Assembly (NCBI GenBank): GCA_013239625.1
Contig: MU053379.1
Location: 3,144,866-3,208,865 of the forward strand
Direction of reading: 5' to 3'
Origin: Lama guanicoe
Lineage: Eukaryota
DNA: 64,000 bases
Under the pieces are notes generated by a model. That model made no database searches. It was given only the letters and a program-made list of their open reading frames with translations, and was not told the origin of the DNA. This document shows positions 23,800-36,709 of the stretch, one piece after another. Each line of letters opens with the position of its first letter. Within the stretch, counting starts at the first letter, position 1. The position numbers and the translations under genes were made by a program.

Positions 23800-25054
23800 C
23801 ACTGATGCTTCGACAACTGAATAGTTTAGGGAAAAAATGAAATTAGATTCATACCTCACACTATGCACCAGAATAAGACCCAAAAGAATTAGAGATCCGA
23901 TTTTTTTTTTTAAATGAAGCACTACGATCATCTGGAGAAAATGCAGTGAATTCCTGTTTAACCTGCAATGAAAAAAGGCTCTCTAACTGTGCCTCAAGAT
24001 CCGAACGTGATAAAGGAGGAGACTGAGAAGTGTGACCACGAAGAAGAAGTTCTGAAGTTTGCTTGACAGAAGGCACCAGAACCAAGTGATAAACTGGGAG
24101 GAAACAGGGTCAACAGACGTCACAAAGGGCTAATAGCTCTAATATAGGGAGGCTTCCTAACACCTGAAGGGTGAAAAAAGAGCAAAAATTGAACAGAAAC
24201 ATGGACAAAAGACATGAACAGACAACTCAGAGCAAGAGGGTGTAAAAATGGCCCTTAGATGGAGAAGAGGCGTTCAGCCTTGTTCACACAAAGAGACGCG
24301 CAGGTTAGAATGACGCTGACTCCGTTTCTCGTCCATGAAGTTGGGGAGCATCACAAAGCTGCGCGCGCGCTCTGTCAGTGAGGCTGGGCGGGGCACAGCT
24401 GCTCTCGCACACGCCGTGGGGGCACCCCCACATGCTGGGTGAGGGGAGCTCGGCCACAGCAGGCAGAACTACACAGGCCCCTGCCTCTGCGCCGGCAAGG
24501 CCAATTCTAGGAGTCTGCGCCCAAACGCACCTGTAACAGTGCCTCACACACACGCACCAGGCTTCTCGCTGCAGCCTTGTTTGTAACAGCAAAGTGGGGA
24601 CACCTGCTCAGAGGCCCAGTTGTCGGCGGGTATTTGAATAAACGACGTACGTCCAGGCAATGAAGCAGCTGTGAGACCCTGAGGGTGTGTGTGACGGCCA
24701 CAGAGGGGTTTCCTAGAAGAAAGCTAAGTGCAAAGAGGCATCCACAGCCGGCCTCCTTTTGTGTCAGAAAGAGTGGAAAATAAGAAAATGTGCATTTATT
24801 TGCCATTTTTCTTTTGCAAAAGGAAACACAGGGAGGTTTAACCAGAAAGTAACAAGATGAGTTACTCCGGGGAACGTGTTAGAGCGGGCTGGGCAGGCAG
24901 TGGGCTGAGAACGGAGAGGCAGGGGTGCGGGGTGGAGGTCCGCTTTTCTTAGAACACCCTTTGGTGTAGATTTACGTTGGCACCATGTGAATCTTTACAT
25001 TCTCAGGAAAAAAAATTCAGTGAAGTGTCATATGGAAAAACCATGAACTGAAAT
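23800..25054 (+). mobile_element. old L1 (L1M-type) ORF2 3' region and 3' UTR, left arm
   Basis: aaattagattcatacctcacactatgcaccagaataa...ggacaaaagacatgaacagacaactc...gccttgtttgtaacagcaaagtgggga are collinear with the L1 ORF2 end. Confidence 0.8.
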
Positions 25055-25706
25055 TGTAGGGAAGAAAAATATTTCCTTCTTCCCTCCTTGGTTCTTTGGC
25101 TGGCCTAATAAGTAAGTTGACACAAGACAGATAAACAGGGGGAAGAGAAAATGTATTTTAACTTCATATGCACAGGAGCTCACAGAAATAGGAGACTCGA
25201 TGGGGAGGGTGCAGCTCCGCAGTAGAGCGTGTGCTTAGCATGCCTGAGGTCCTGGGTTCAATCCCCAGTACTTCCATTAAAATAAATAAACATAATTGCC
25301 CCCCCAAAATAAATAAAATAAACCTAATGGTACCTGATAATATTTTTTAAAAATAGGAGACTCAAGGAAGTGACCAATGCAGGCAGCTTTTATACCTTTT
25401 AGACAAAGAAACAATACGTTTGTGAGGAGTTGACCAGACAGAGATGTTCGGGCTGAGGGAGTGAATTAATGAAGAAGCAACAGGGTTAGTTTACGCAGCC
25501 TTCCCGGCCCTGCCATCCCGTCTCCAGCGGCGGCGATCAGGGGCAAGAGGATCCCCTTTCTCCTGGGAGATTTATTTCCCGCCTTCAGGGGGACAGAGGA
25601 AGGTCAGAGTCCCCTTCTGCACTGGCTGCGTCTTCAGTAACTTCCATTCAAAATAATTAACATGTCCGAGGGGCGTATGTTGGGGGGCCAACCCTGAACC
25701 CCATCA
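25055..25706 (-). mobile_element. solo ERV1-type LTR (MER34/MER39-like, family uncertain), interrupted by a SINE
   Basis: Minus strand starts TGATGGGGTTCAGG...ttattttgaatggaag, carries a TATAAAA-like box (plus strand ttttata near 25388) and ends ...cctaCA. Confidence 0.7.
25201..25350 (+). mobile_element. camelid tRNA-Ala-derived SINE (vic-1 type)
   Basis: ggggagggtgcagctc...gcttagcatgcctgaggtcctgggttcaatccccagtacttcca plus A-rich tail. 13-bp TSD aaataggagactc at 25186-25198 and 25351-25363. Confidence 0.92.
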
Positions 25707-26060
25707 ACAGGTAAACAGAAGTGAAGCAACCTACTGCATTTCAAGCGCACCTGTAACCACCGCGAAGGGAGAAGGGGCTGCTCCATTCCTGCTGGGACTG
25801 GAAGGGCTTTCCTTCCAGGCAAGCCTCCTCCCGGGTGGGAGATGGCGCTTCTGGGCGGAAAGAGCTTGGGGTGAGGGGAGCCTCCGGAGAGCGGGATTTT
25901 GAAATGATCCTTCAAAGCTCTCGTAGAACAAGTTTTTGTGGGTCTCCGAGTAGGAGCAATTTGAAGTGGATTTAGTTTTGTGGATAATAAGCGTGAAGGC
26001 AAAGATCACAGCTGACATTTGGTGACTAAAGGTGAATGACACCAAGATTTACATATACAT
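25707..26060 (+). mobile_element. probable continuation of the old L1 3' UTR after the LTR
   Basis: Resembles an L1MC-type 3' UTR (aacctactgcatttcaa...taaccac..., gtttttgtgggtctccgagtaggagcaatt). Confidence 0.5.
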
Positions 26061-26087
26061 ATATTTAAAATTTCTGCTATGAATCAG

Positions 26088-26165
26088 TTATTTTTTTATT
26101 GCAATATATTCAATTTACACTGCTGTGTTAATTTCTGGTGTACAGCATAGTGATTCAGTTGTACA

Positions 26166-26199
<34 letters not shown>

Positions 26200-26378
26200 C
26201 ACATATATATATATATATATAATGTTTCACATTCCTTTCCATTATAGGCTATTACAAGATACTGAATATAGTTCCCTGAGCTCTACAGTAGGACCTGGTT
26301 GTATATCTGGTTTATATATGGTAGCTTGTATCTGCAAATCCAGCATTCCCAGTTTATCCCTCCCCACCCCACCCCCAC
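26088..26378 (-). mobile_element. L1 3' UTR with internal (TG)n(TA)n microsatellite
   Basis: ttctggtgtacagcatagtgattcagtt...ttacaagatactgaatatagttccctgagctctacagtaggacc. Confidence 0.9.
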
Positions 26379-26534
26379 ATTGTTTTAAATGTGCAGACTC
26401 CATGGGGGCAAACGCCAGTTTGCCTGATGTCACCATAAAATATAATCCTAAAAGAGAAGCAAGAACTATCCAAATGGGTCCCCAACAAGAGCGGCACGTG
26501 GCTTTGCCCATCTTCCCAGCAGAATTCCTCTGAC

Positions 26535-26860
26535 GGATATTCACTGAGTGCCTGCTGGGCACCAGGCATTTTGTTCCAGGAGGACAAGGGGCACAGACCA
26601 CACAGAGAGAGACAAGGACCAAGAAGACAACCCGATAAGACAGATCCAAAGAGGGGAAACGCCTCTAAGATAACATAGTGGGGTTAGGGGCTACTTGGAC
26701 TAGTACCGTCAAAAGTCCTTTTCAGACAGAAGGCATCTGAGCTGAGACCTGAGTGGGAAGGAAGCAGCATGTGATTATCTGAGGAAAAGAGAGCCAGGCA
26801 GAGGGAGTAGCAGATGCAAAGGTCCTGGGGTGGGATCAGCCCCACAGTGCTGAAGAAACA
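26535..26860 (-). mobile_element. L2 fragment
   Basis: atattcactgagtgcctgctgggcaccaggca...catctgagctgagacctgag...ccaggcagagggagtagcagatgcaaaggtcctgggg. Confidence 0.75.
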
Positions 26861-29194
26861 GGCGGAAAGCCTGCGTGGCCACAGCGAAATGGACAGAAGC
26901 CCGGCACGAGACTCAGCAGGAGCTCGTCAGAAAACAGACACAGGCGTGTCCTTAACAGACTGGCCGACACGATCTAACACCTCCCTGAACCTGAAAATGG
27001 CATTTTTGCTTCATGAAAATTCCTACGCCTGAGATAAACCTTGCAGTGTTTCACGAGATATCTTCACTCTTGTCCTTATTTGTCCGGGCTGAGCTGTGTC
27101 CTCGGAAGTTGTCAGGCGGGGAGGGAAGCAAACCGAGTCCTAAAACTGCCCTGGCTCTGGGACGGGGGCTGCTGCTTCACTAAGTCCTGGGGCCGGGGGT
27201 AGGGGGAGGGAAGATGCTCTTGGTGGTGAACACTGCGATGTTTACTTAGTAAGTAACTATGCAGTGCACACGTGGCTTTCTTTCGGGAGATGCTCCCTGC
27301 GACCCCACAGAGCGAAGTGGAGGACACGGGCGACAGTAATTTCATGGTCCGAGCCCCCGTGAGGCTCTGTCAGAACCTGTGAGAACAGGGCTGTGTTGCT
27401 GAAGTTTGGGGAAGGAAGGATTTTCATTTTAGGTTCTGTGCAATTTGGTCATCCAAAGGAGAACAGTGTGGCGTGGGCGGCGTGGGCGGCGAGTTGTGGA
27501 GGGGAATGAGTGAGCAGCACTGGGAACCTCCCGGGGCCAGAAGGGAGAGCGGTTCCACCAGCCGCCAACCTGCACTTCGGGTTTCAAGGCCCCACCCTTG
27601 GCTGCTCGCCCAGAGGCTGGTCCAGAGCAATCAGATCTGAGCCCTGTTCGGCACGAGCTCACCCTCCTTCGTGTAGTCAGAGCTGGTGTTGGTGGCGAGG
27701 TGCTCAGAGGACATGGAGTTAACACATCCCGGGCATGGCTGTAATTCACGGGAGGGCGAGCAGGCCGTGGGAGAGCAGCCACGCCACCGTCTGTTTTTCT
27801 TAGCTCCGATCAGACCTCCCACCCACGCAGAGGAGGGGGCATGGCTCACAGGCGCCACTTATCCAGCCCCAGCCCCCAGCCCCCTGGAGGCGCCCTGAGG
27901 TCTGCTGAGTCCTCTCCCTCCAGAGAGGCACCTCCGGCTGGGCCTCCTCCTGGACCAGGGGTGCCCGCGTGGGCTCCGTGGGGTGCTCGGGACACAGAGG
28001 CCCCGCCTACTTGTGTTTGTACGTCGCCAGCCCATCCCGCAGCACGGAAGGAGTTAGAGGGGTTTTCGAGGCTTTTTCATGCAAGGAGGAAAGAGAACCG
28101 AAGACGGTTTGCCACCTGCCGTCCCGGGGGCGCTGCTGTCTGTGTGAGAGGTCCGAGTTCTGGTCCTGCTAAGTGACTCCAAGCTCTGCTTTAGGAGAAA
28201 CTCGCCACTAGGGCTACTTCTCTGGAGAAGGACAGACTAGCAGGACCCCAGGCACTGCCGCGCCTCGCCCGGGAGGGAGCCACCCGCAGGCCAGTAACAG
28301 CCGCGGAAACTCGGCCAGGGTGACCGTCCCACTTTCAAATTGGGAGAAAAAGAAAGAAATGATGCAGATGCCTGTTTATCCCTAATTTTTAAGAGTATTT
28401 TCAATAATCCGCTATAAACAAACCTCATCGCAGGATCTTGGGGCGGGTCTGGGTCTGCGTACCCCCTTTGCGGTGGAGTCACTGACACAAATGCCCCCAG
28501 CTGCACCCGCATTTCTGTACCTTTGTCAGGTGGATCCAGGCCGTCCCCTCCCACCTCAGGCCTTCTTTTTCTTTTCTTCTCTTGCTGATGCAGTTTTCTT
28601 GGGTTGGTCCAGCTCTACAGGGCTTAAGCACAGCCTTTATTAAATGTCTTCGTGTCCTGCTTGGTGGGAGCGGCAGTTTAAATACGAGAGACCCCAGGAA
28701 TTAAGGTTTCGTTAAGGAAATCCAAGTCCTCGAGCCACCCCAAAGGTGTGCCTTCGAAGGGAAAGGGAAAATCCGATGAACACACGCCCGGGTCTGCCCG
28801 CCCGTTCCCCGGGGTCAGAACAGAAGCAGGCAGGTGCTGAAGGGCACTTACGTCCCAGAAGAACAGCACACAGGGTGTGGTGCTCTCTCGTGGTTTGGGT
28901 TTGGAATCTATCAGAATGAATACATTGTTATAAACATAACTCAGGTGGGTAAATGTATCTCTCTGTGTGTCCTTTAAAATATGTATTTGCCACAGCACAT
29001 TTATTTGGAGAAGAAAGGAGAGGGAAAATACAGCTCAGCTGACGGTGGATCCCCAGCTCTGTCCGTCACTGGGCAATCTTGATTCTTAACACATCAGACT
29101 GGGGCTGTCACCACCAGCCGGGCAGGCGGAGTTGTAGCATATAAACCCTGTTACTGTGGGACAGCTAACGACCCAGGGAAATTGTTCCCTGCTT

Positions 29195-29290
29195 TGCACA
29201 CATGCTCACACACACACACACTCATGCACACAGTCACACAGGCTCCCTCACACACGCACACGCTCGCACACACACACACGCCCCTACACT
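29195..29290. repeat. degenerate (CA)-rich microsatellite
   Basis: Interrupted CA runs. Confidence 0.85.
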
Positions 29291-31634
29291 TTACCTCTAC
29301 TGATGGAGGCAGGTCCTGGTGGTCACCTTCGCGTGTCCAGGAAACGAAGACATCCCCTCTTGGTTTAGATACAACAAGATCTGAATAAAACACTGACTTT
29401 GCCAAGGGGACGCAGAACAAGCTTCTTGAAGGTGCTGGTGATCCATGAGCAATGAAGTCCTCCCACCTGGCCATGGTCTGGATGGTGTTGGGCCAGGATG
29501 TGGACTGAGGGTCACCTGGGCGTGTCCCTGGCTCTGAGAGCCATGGGAAGGCTGCACCCGGTGGCCTCCCAGATGGTCAGGCTGGCTGACATGCTGGACG
29601 GCCAGTTTCAGTGCCTGGGGCTGCGTGGAGGGTCTTCCTCAGGGGCCTGAGGCTCGGGGACTGGGGTCCAGAGCAGGTACAGAGACCTTTGACCCCAGAC
29701 TTGGCTTCTGGTGCAGGAAGGTAGTGGTGTGGGGGTGAGGGACAGTGTCGGTGTCCTGCACGGGCTGGCCATGCCACAGAGGGTCCCCAGGCCAGCTTGT
29801 ATTTAGTAGGTGACAGTGGTCTCGTGAGGGGTGCGAAATGGCCACCACCAAGCCGTTCAGCCCTGCCTCCCCCCGGGGCCTCACACAGGACGTGGACAGA
29901 AATGAACAGCCTTTCAGTGCAAAATAATTTACAAAACAGCATTAAACGAGGGAAGTTGAGGACAGTGGGGTGGGGACACTGGCCGGGCCGGATGTGCTTG
30001 CCGAGAGAGCCAGGACGGTCCCGAGAGCGGGGCCTGACCACAGCCGGCCAGCTGGGCTCAGGCTGAACTGGCCTTTTAACTTTCTTAAGTTTTTAAAAAG
30101 GGAAGAAAGAGTTTGTTTTTTTTTTTTAAACCCTCCTATTTCTTCAGTAGGAGAGAAAGAGGAGGTCGTGGGGCTGGAGAAAGAAAGAGATTAAGGAGCA
30201 AAGAAAGCAACAAGCTGACGACAGAAGAGCCTTTCCATGAGGTCCGAGGACCGAGACCAAGGCTTTTGCTCTTGATTTTAGATGAATGTGTCGGGTGGGA
30301 AACCAAAATGGAAGCTGGTCTGGCCGGACCTCTCGTGATGTTCGTGGAAGGCGAGGCCCCTGGAAAGCCGGTGTTTGAAGGAATATTTATGAAAAACAGC
30401 AGTGGTGGGGCAGCCTCTGTATTAAAAGACCACGGTGGCTGGAGGCTGAACAGGAAAATTATTAAACACAGGAGATGTGAGGGCGGGTGCCCGCCATTCT
30501 TCTTCCCACAGCATCACACCTCTGGAGGTCACCTCGGCCCCGCGGATGCTGCTTAACATTCAAAAATCATCAAAGTTTGGTGTTTTTAATATCCATGGCC
30601 GGCGGAAGCTCTGATGCTTATCCATGTGTATTCAGACTTCCGTGTATCAGGGCCATTGTCCACCGTCCCCAGGGCGGCGGGAAGTTGGTTTTATGGGAAC
30701 ATCATAATGAGGAGACTTGTTTGATTCGAAGAAACTTAATGACATCTCGAGACCCAAGGAAAGGACGAGATAAGTCGGGCATTGGCGGGGTGGCCTGTGC
30801 TCCCAGCCGCCCGTAAGCTCTGCGTCTGAACCTGCCTCTTCGAGTCCTGCTTTCAGCTCAGACGACGCTGGTTCCCGCCCCGTCTGCTAATTCAGGCGGG
30901 GGCCCGGCGCCCCGTCCAAGCAGTTCCTCGTGTCGTCACTCCCGCTGCACCATTAGAAGCAATGCTGCTTCCAGCCCAAACGGCCCGCTGCTTCCTTTCT
31001 CACTGTAGAAACGGCCCCACAGAGTCCCCACAAGAAAGGGGGTTTACAAGATGGATCTGGGTCTCATGGAGCGTGTTTGCGGTGAAGCCGTGGAGAGGAG
31101 AGGGGACCTCTCTCAGGGGGACGATACCCGACCCAAGGGTGTTTTGGTGACAGGGGGAACCCGTGTCACCTGAATCGTTGCTTACGATCAAGGCCCAGAG
31201 GCAACGTGTCTTTAAAGGAGCGCACTTGGCACAGGGATGGAGCCCAGAGCGGTGCTGGGGATGGGGGAGCCAGAGGAGGTGTGGGGACTTGGCAGGGGGC
31301 TCGGCAGGTGTTAGCAGCTGTGACATGGTGGCATTTCTCAGTGTGGGACTTCTGGGGCCATGTGTCATCCAGTCAGGGTGACTGACAGCCTTATTCTGTG
31401 GCTCACTCAGCAGCCGGGGATTTGCCCTGACAGCGAGCTGACGTGTCCCTCTCCAGGGCTGGCAGGCTGCAGAGCGCCCGGGACCCCGTGCACGGTTCCG
31501 GAGTGTCACTGTGTCACTTCAGAAACGCCTAGCTCCAGGCCTCACCCCGGGCCCCTCAGAATTTCCTGCTGACCAAAGAGAAACAAAGAGCTGCTGGTCG
31601 CCCATTTATGGCTTGGAGTTTTTTCCCACAGGGA

Positions 31635-32019
31635 CACTGCCTTGGCTCAGACTGTGTATCAGACTGAGCGGTTCCAACAACAGAATTCAGCCTTCTCATA
31701 GTTCTGGGGCCTGGATGGCCCAGGTCAAGGTGTCAGCAGGGCTGGCTTCTGGGGAGGACGCTCCCTGGCTTGTGGATGCCGCCTCCTGGTGGCGTCCTCG
31801 CTTGAACTCTCCTCCGTGGGCGCGAGGAGGGAGTGAGCACTGAATGTCCCTCCTCTTCCTAGAGGGACACCGATCAGTCCTAACAGTCAGGGTTGCCCTG
31901 ATGAACTCATATGATCCCCCCTCAAAGCTGCCATCTCCAAATGCACTGGGGGTTCGGGCTTCCAGATATAAATTTGGCTGGGGTGGGGGTGCGGGGCACC
32001 CACAGTTTCATCCATAACA
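31635..32019 (-). mobile_element. MaLR (MLT1A/B-like) LTR
   Basis: aacaacagaattcagccttctcatagttctgggg...tcaaggtgtcagcagggctggcttct...catctccaaatgca...tccataaca. Confidence 0.8.
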
Positions 32020-32244
32020 GACCCTTTTCTACAAAGGCTTGACCCAGGCGCATCCTGGCAATTCTGGAGAAACTCAGGGTAGTTTCATCTTCTTCAACCC
32101 AAAGAATTGCCTCATTGATTTCTTGTTTGACGAGTCTGAGTTGAATCTGTAAAAAGGCTCTCAAATTTGCGGGGACCTTCCTGCGTGAATTGCTAGAAAT
32201 GGTGGGATTTAAAAGCACTCGGGACACGGTGGGGAACGGGAACA

Positions 32245-32546
32245 ATGAGCATGTGTTTTTATGCATTTGTCAAAACCCACAGGATGTACAATGCAACAAG
32301 TGAGCCCTCACGTAAATGCGGACTTCAGTTAATAATGCTGGATCATCAGCTCAACAGACACATCACACGAATAATGAAAACGGGGGAAACAGTGGGGGAG
32401 GGAAGGGGCTGCTGGAATCCTGCACGTTCTGAGGTATAGTGTTTTTTCTATACACTTGCTAGGTTTCTGTAAAGATCCTATAAACCTGTCTGTAAAGTGC
32501 CTCTTAAAAAAATAAGTCTATTGTTTTAAAAACAAACAAATAAAAA
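32245..32546 (+). mobile_element. old L1 (L1MC/MD-like) 3' end
   Basis: atgcatttgtcaaaacccacaggatgtacaatgcaacaagtgagccctcacgtaaatgcggacttcagttaataatg...aaaataagtcta. Confidence 0.75.
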
Positions 32547-32885
32547 GCATGGGGCTGCATCACAGGAGAGGTGGAGCATCCGTCTTTGATTAGCAGACAT
32601 GGGGCGGTGCACGCGGTACCCCTCACTGGCCAGACCCCCCCCCCCAGACCTCATGTGCCCACCCCGTGGCTTCTTCTCTTTGCTGGTGCACTTTCCTGGC
32701 CCACAGTGGGGGGAGGGGAGGGGGCGCAGTACCCCAGCTAACTCCCCTTCCCGGGAGCGGTCCTTCCTGGCGTGCCAGCTGCCCGTCCCCGGGGCAGGGG
32801 GTCCTTAAGTGTTCTGTGCTGTCCCCAGGGGCCCCCAGGGGGTGGAGCCCCTTTGTCTACCTTGGAAACCTACTCGTTAATGCCC

Positions 32886-32923
32886 CCTTTCCTTTCCTTT
32901 CCTTTCCTTTCTTTTCCTTTCCT
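32886..32923. repeat. (TTTCC)n pyrimidine repeat
   Basis: Read directly. Confidence 0.85.
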
Positions 32924-33520
32924 TGGCTCACTTCCCCATGCTCTCCCGATGTTTCTTTAATTCATTGCCAGCGACTGTCTCCCACTCCCATCAGGGTCTG
33001 GGAGAAAAGCAGACACAGGCGAGCATTTCTGTGGGTCGGCTCCCATCTCCCATGATACTTGGTGGAGACCAAAAGCAGACTCACAGGTGCTCCTTCACTA
33101 GGTGCCCTCAGGCACGTGGCACCCAGCCTCCCAGGAGTCTCTGTCACGTTTGAATCCTTCTATCAGATGCTAGTTCACTGAACTGAAAATGACTACAGGC
33201 ATTTTAGGGCAGAGTTGTTCAAAATGCTTGTTTTTTAAGAGTGATTAGACTTACAATGTAGAGAAACTGCGCACCTACCTTACAGGCCATTTTTCAGCGA
33301 CAGAAAGACACTCAAGGGTTGCGTTATCCCGCACGACTGTGTTCCTGCTCACCTCGCCGCTGGCACCACCGCTACGCGGCCGGAGGGGAAACAGAGACGG
33401 TGGCAGAGAGGTCGTCAGGGTACAGGCTCCCCAGGTGACTCCCAGCTGGACTGAGGGGCTTTGTGTTGTTCTAAGCTGCTACAATTGCGGCAATTTATTG
33501 CACAGCGATCAAAAACGAAC

Positions 33521-33635
33521 GTAACACTATTGTATATAGAACAGACAAACAATAAGGACCTATTGCACAGCACAGGGAACTATAGTCGATACATTATAAT
33601 TACCTACAATGGAAAAGAATATGGAAAGGAATATA

Positions 33636-33674
<39 letters not shown>

Positions 33675-33695
33675 TATACTTCAATTAAAAAAAAA
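33521..33695 (+). mobile_element. short L1 3' end with (TA)n expansion
   Basis: aaacaataaggacctattgcacagcacagggaactat...aatggaaaagaatatg...(TA)n...actatacttcaattaaaaa. Confidence 0.85.
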
Positions 33696-36602
33696 TGAAT
33701 AGTGTACTACATGTACTGTTCTGTAGCTTTTCTCCCTGCTTAAATACCCATCTTGGAGATAACTCTGATCAGTAACATCCTCTTTAACTCTGCTTGTGAA
33801 TACCTATTTGGTGGTTGATCCATTGAGTTCTTTTCTAAAGAAGGTTATGTTCTGCTGATCAACGTTCAGCCCCAGTGGTGCTTGCTAATGGACTTGAGCT
33901 GTCTACCAGATGATGCAAAAGTCATTTGGCCAAAACCACTTCCCAATCTTTCTATTTTTATTTGTTGGTTTATTGGCTTGAAGACCAAATCAATAAAGAG
34001 CCTTAAAGATTAAGGTAACATCCAACAGCACAGACTTAATAAACCAATCTGTCCTGCTATGATTTTAATATGCAGATACATTGTCTCCTCTTATGAAAGC
34101 TGCACCAGAGACATTAAGGACTTTTGACAGACGGGTGAGTTTCTCACTGACTCAGTTTCCCTCTCTCTGACAAGTAGCTAGATTCCACATCCCAGCCCAC
34201 TTGGTCCACTACACTCTCTCCCTCGCTGCACCCCCCCACCCGTGGAAGCAAAGGTCTCAGGAGAGAACCCCAGGTTCCAAGGAATGGTGGAACCAGGCTG
34301 GAGGAGACTGGTCTGGAATCACCACGTGGAACCGCCTAGTGAGTGAGAAAGAAATTCCATTGTGTTAAGCTGCTGAGATTCGAGGACTATTTGTTGCAGC
34401 AGAGACAGTCGCCTAACTGGATCAGGGCTGCAATATACTTTCAGAAAGGACTCTCCGCCTTGTAAGAGGCATTGCCTTACACAGGTCTGATGTGAAGCCA
34501 TTTGTTACAAACTGACTTCAGGGCCACATGGGTTGTGCCAGGACATCAGGGCCACACTCCAAGAGGGCGCTCAGCAAAATTCATGTCCCGAGGTCCGAGG
34601 TTAAGTACTCAAGGTGGTCTTCATAGTTAGCTCTGACTGATCTCATGATCTCCCAACAGTTCGTTGCAAATAAACACGAAGTTTGCATTCATGTTCCCGT
34701 ACGTGTTCAGTTCTCCTTGTTCTCCTAGAGGATTTAGAGTTCTCCTGTTTTTCACCTTATCGTTTGAATCTCCCCACGAGCAGTCTTTGAATTCAACACA
34801 AAGCAATACAATGAATTCCGTGCTAATTCTACTCGCTATTTGTTTTTTTCTTTTTCCATGGCAATAAACACACTTCAAGAAAGTCCATCTTGGAGTGGCT
34901 TCCACTGAATTCAGAGGAGTTGACATTTTGACCAGTGAAGTACTTTTAAACATCAATTATTTACTGGGTGGATACTTCCCACTCAGTGGGATTCTTGAGG
35001 TTTATACCCACGTTCCTGCTGGACTGTGAGCTCCGGGAGGTCAACCGGTCTATAAATTGCCATTGAACATAAGAACACTTCAACCAAAGGGCCCTTTACC
35101 TTTTACATACGCTATATGTGTGTGTGTGTGTATATATATACATACGTATGTAAATGACACGTGCTGTTAAGCTCACATGCAGACTGTGTCTTTAAGCAAT
35201 GTATTTCAGAGACGATCAAGAGTCAGTCGAACATTCTGGTTGCTGAAGTTGCAGTGTGGCTCAGTGATTCGTCCTTGATCTAAGGTCACAGAGTGAGGAT
35301 TGGTTGGACAGAGCCTGGTTTTAGAGCCTAGAAGAATCAGCGAGCTTCCTGTGGAGGAGCAGAGGAGCACTGCAAGCTTTGGGGAAAGTCAGAGGCTTCC
35401 ACTTAGGAGCAGGAAATAGTTGCCTTGAAAATACGGGGAATACAAATGCCGTGTGAGGCCAGTTTTTCTGAAAAGTTGCATTTGGCAGCTATGAGAATCC
35501 CCTCGATGGGACAATCCTGGGGAGAGGAAAGAACACATCCGGGGAACAAATGCAGGGCATCTGGGAATGCTGCTGCTGGCCTCCAATTATGGAAAGAGGC
35601 AACGAACTCGACCGGCTCGGCAGGGAGAGAAGAGAGAAGGAGAGCTGCCATCCTCTGGGAGGCGGCCAAAGCAGCCCGGAAGTGGCCGGCATGGCCTTTG
35701 CCTCCGTTTCAATTCCCCGTGAGCTCCGTGGCTCTGGCTGCTGAGCACGTGGGCCCTCTGCGTGGGGCGCACAGCCACTTAGGAAATTCGAGTGGGTGAG
35801 CTGTTGGATTAATTGTGTTTGGATGAGGGTACATTTTTTGCACACTTCAAGAGGGAGAGAGAATGGGGAAGGCGATGTTATAAAATCTTGGATGAAGAGC
35901 ACAGAACTGCATTCGAGGACCCCTGTGTCTGCCCCTGCGGAACCTGGTGTCACTTTCTTATGTGCAAAATTAAGGAACTGGATGAACCAAAGGTTTCCTT
36001 CCCACCTATAATTTTTTATATCTTAGCAAACCTGGAACCGGGATAGTCCATCCAAAGAACTCTTAAGCATTCTAAAAACCAGGGCCGAAGTTCTCTTTTA
36101 TGATGTCACAAGTTGAAAAGTGAGGGATTGGTCTCTTCTTCTCACGAAAGGACCTCAGCACATTTCCACAGCCAGAAACTGACTCCAGGGGCCAAGCTGC
36201 ACACCCCCGTTCTGCGCTGCAAATTCGGCAATGGCTTTGGTTCCAAATCCACACCCATATCCCTTGAAAGAGCAGCCTGTCCTTGAGAAGCCAATGCATT
36301 TCAAGACATTGTGGGGTGGCAGGGATTCCTCCTGGGGACAAGTGTGACCCACAGAGACACAAATGCCTGAGAGAGCTGATCGCACAGCGATGCCGTCACT
36401 GGCATGGAGAAGGAGACCATGCGTATGGGTGAGACGTGAGTGTGGCGGCAGGAAACTCTGTCTGGGCAGGACTGTGTGGCTTGTTTCCATCGCTACTTTG
36501 GGGCGACTGCCGTTGGCTAAATATCCAACTATTTTTGTCCTTTTTCTCCATTAATGGATAGATCATGACTTTTGATAATTTCAAGATAGAAAAGCATGCT
36601 GG

Positions 36603-36709
36603 AGAGAGGAGGGGATGGCTCAGTGGTAGAGTGCAGGCTTAGCATGCAAAAGGTCCTGGGTTCAATCCCCAGCACCTCCACTGAAAAAAAAAAGGCTATA
36701 AAGAAAGAA
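36603..36709 (+). mobile_element. camelid tRNA-Ala-derived SINE (vic-1 type)
   Basis: tggctcagtggtagagtgcaggcttagcatgcaaaaggtcctgggttcaatccccagcacctcca plus poly(A). Imperfect 15-bp TSD at 36588-36602 and 36710-36724. Confidence 0.92.

Noticed and set aside
36608..36680. tRNA-Ala(AGC)-like sequence, also at 1260-1335, 25201-25276, 45264-45321 and 49564-49625
   Set aside because: The anticodon stem is broken (CAGGC/GCAAA), and poly(A) tails and TSDs show these are SINE copies, not tRNA genes
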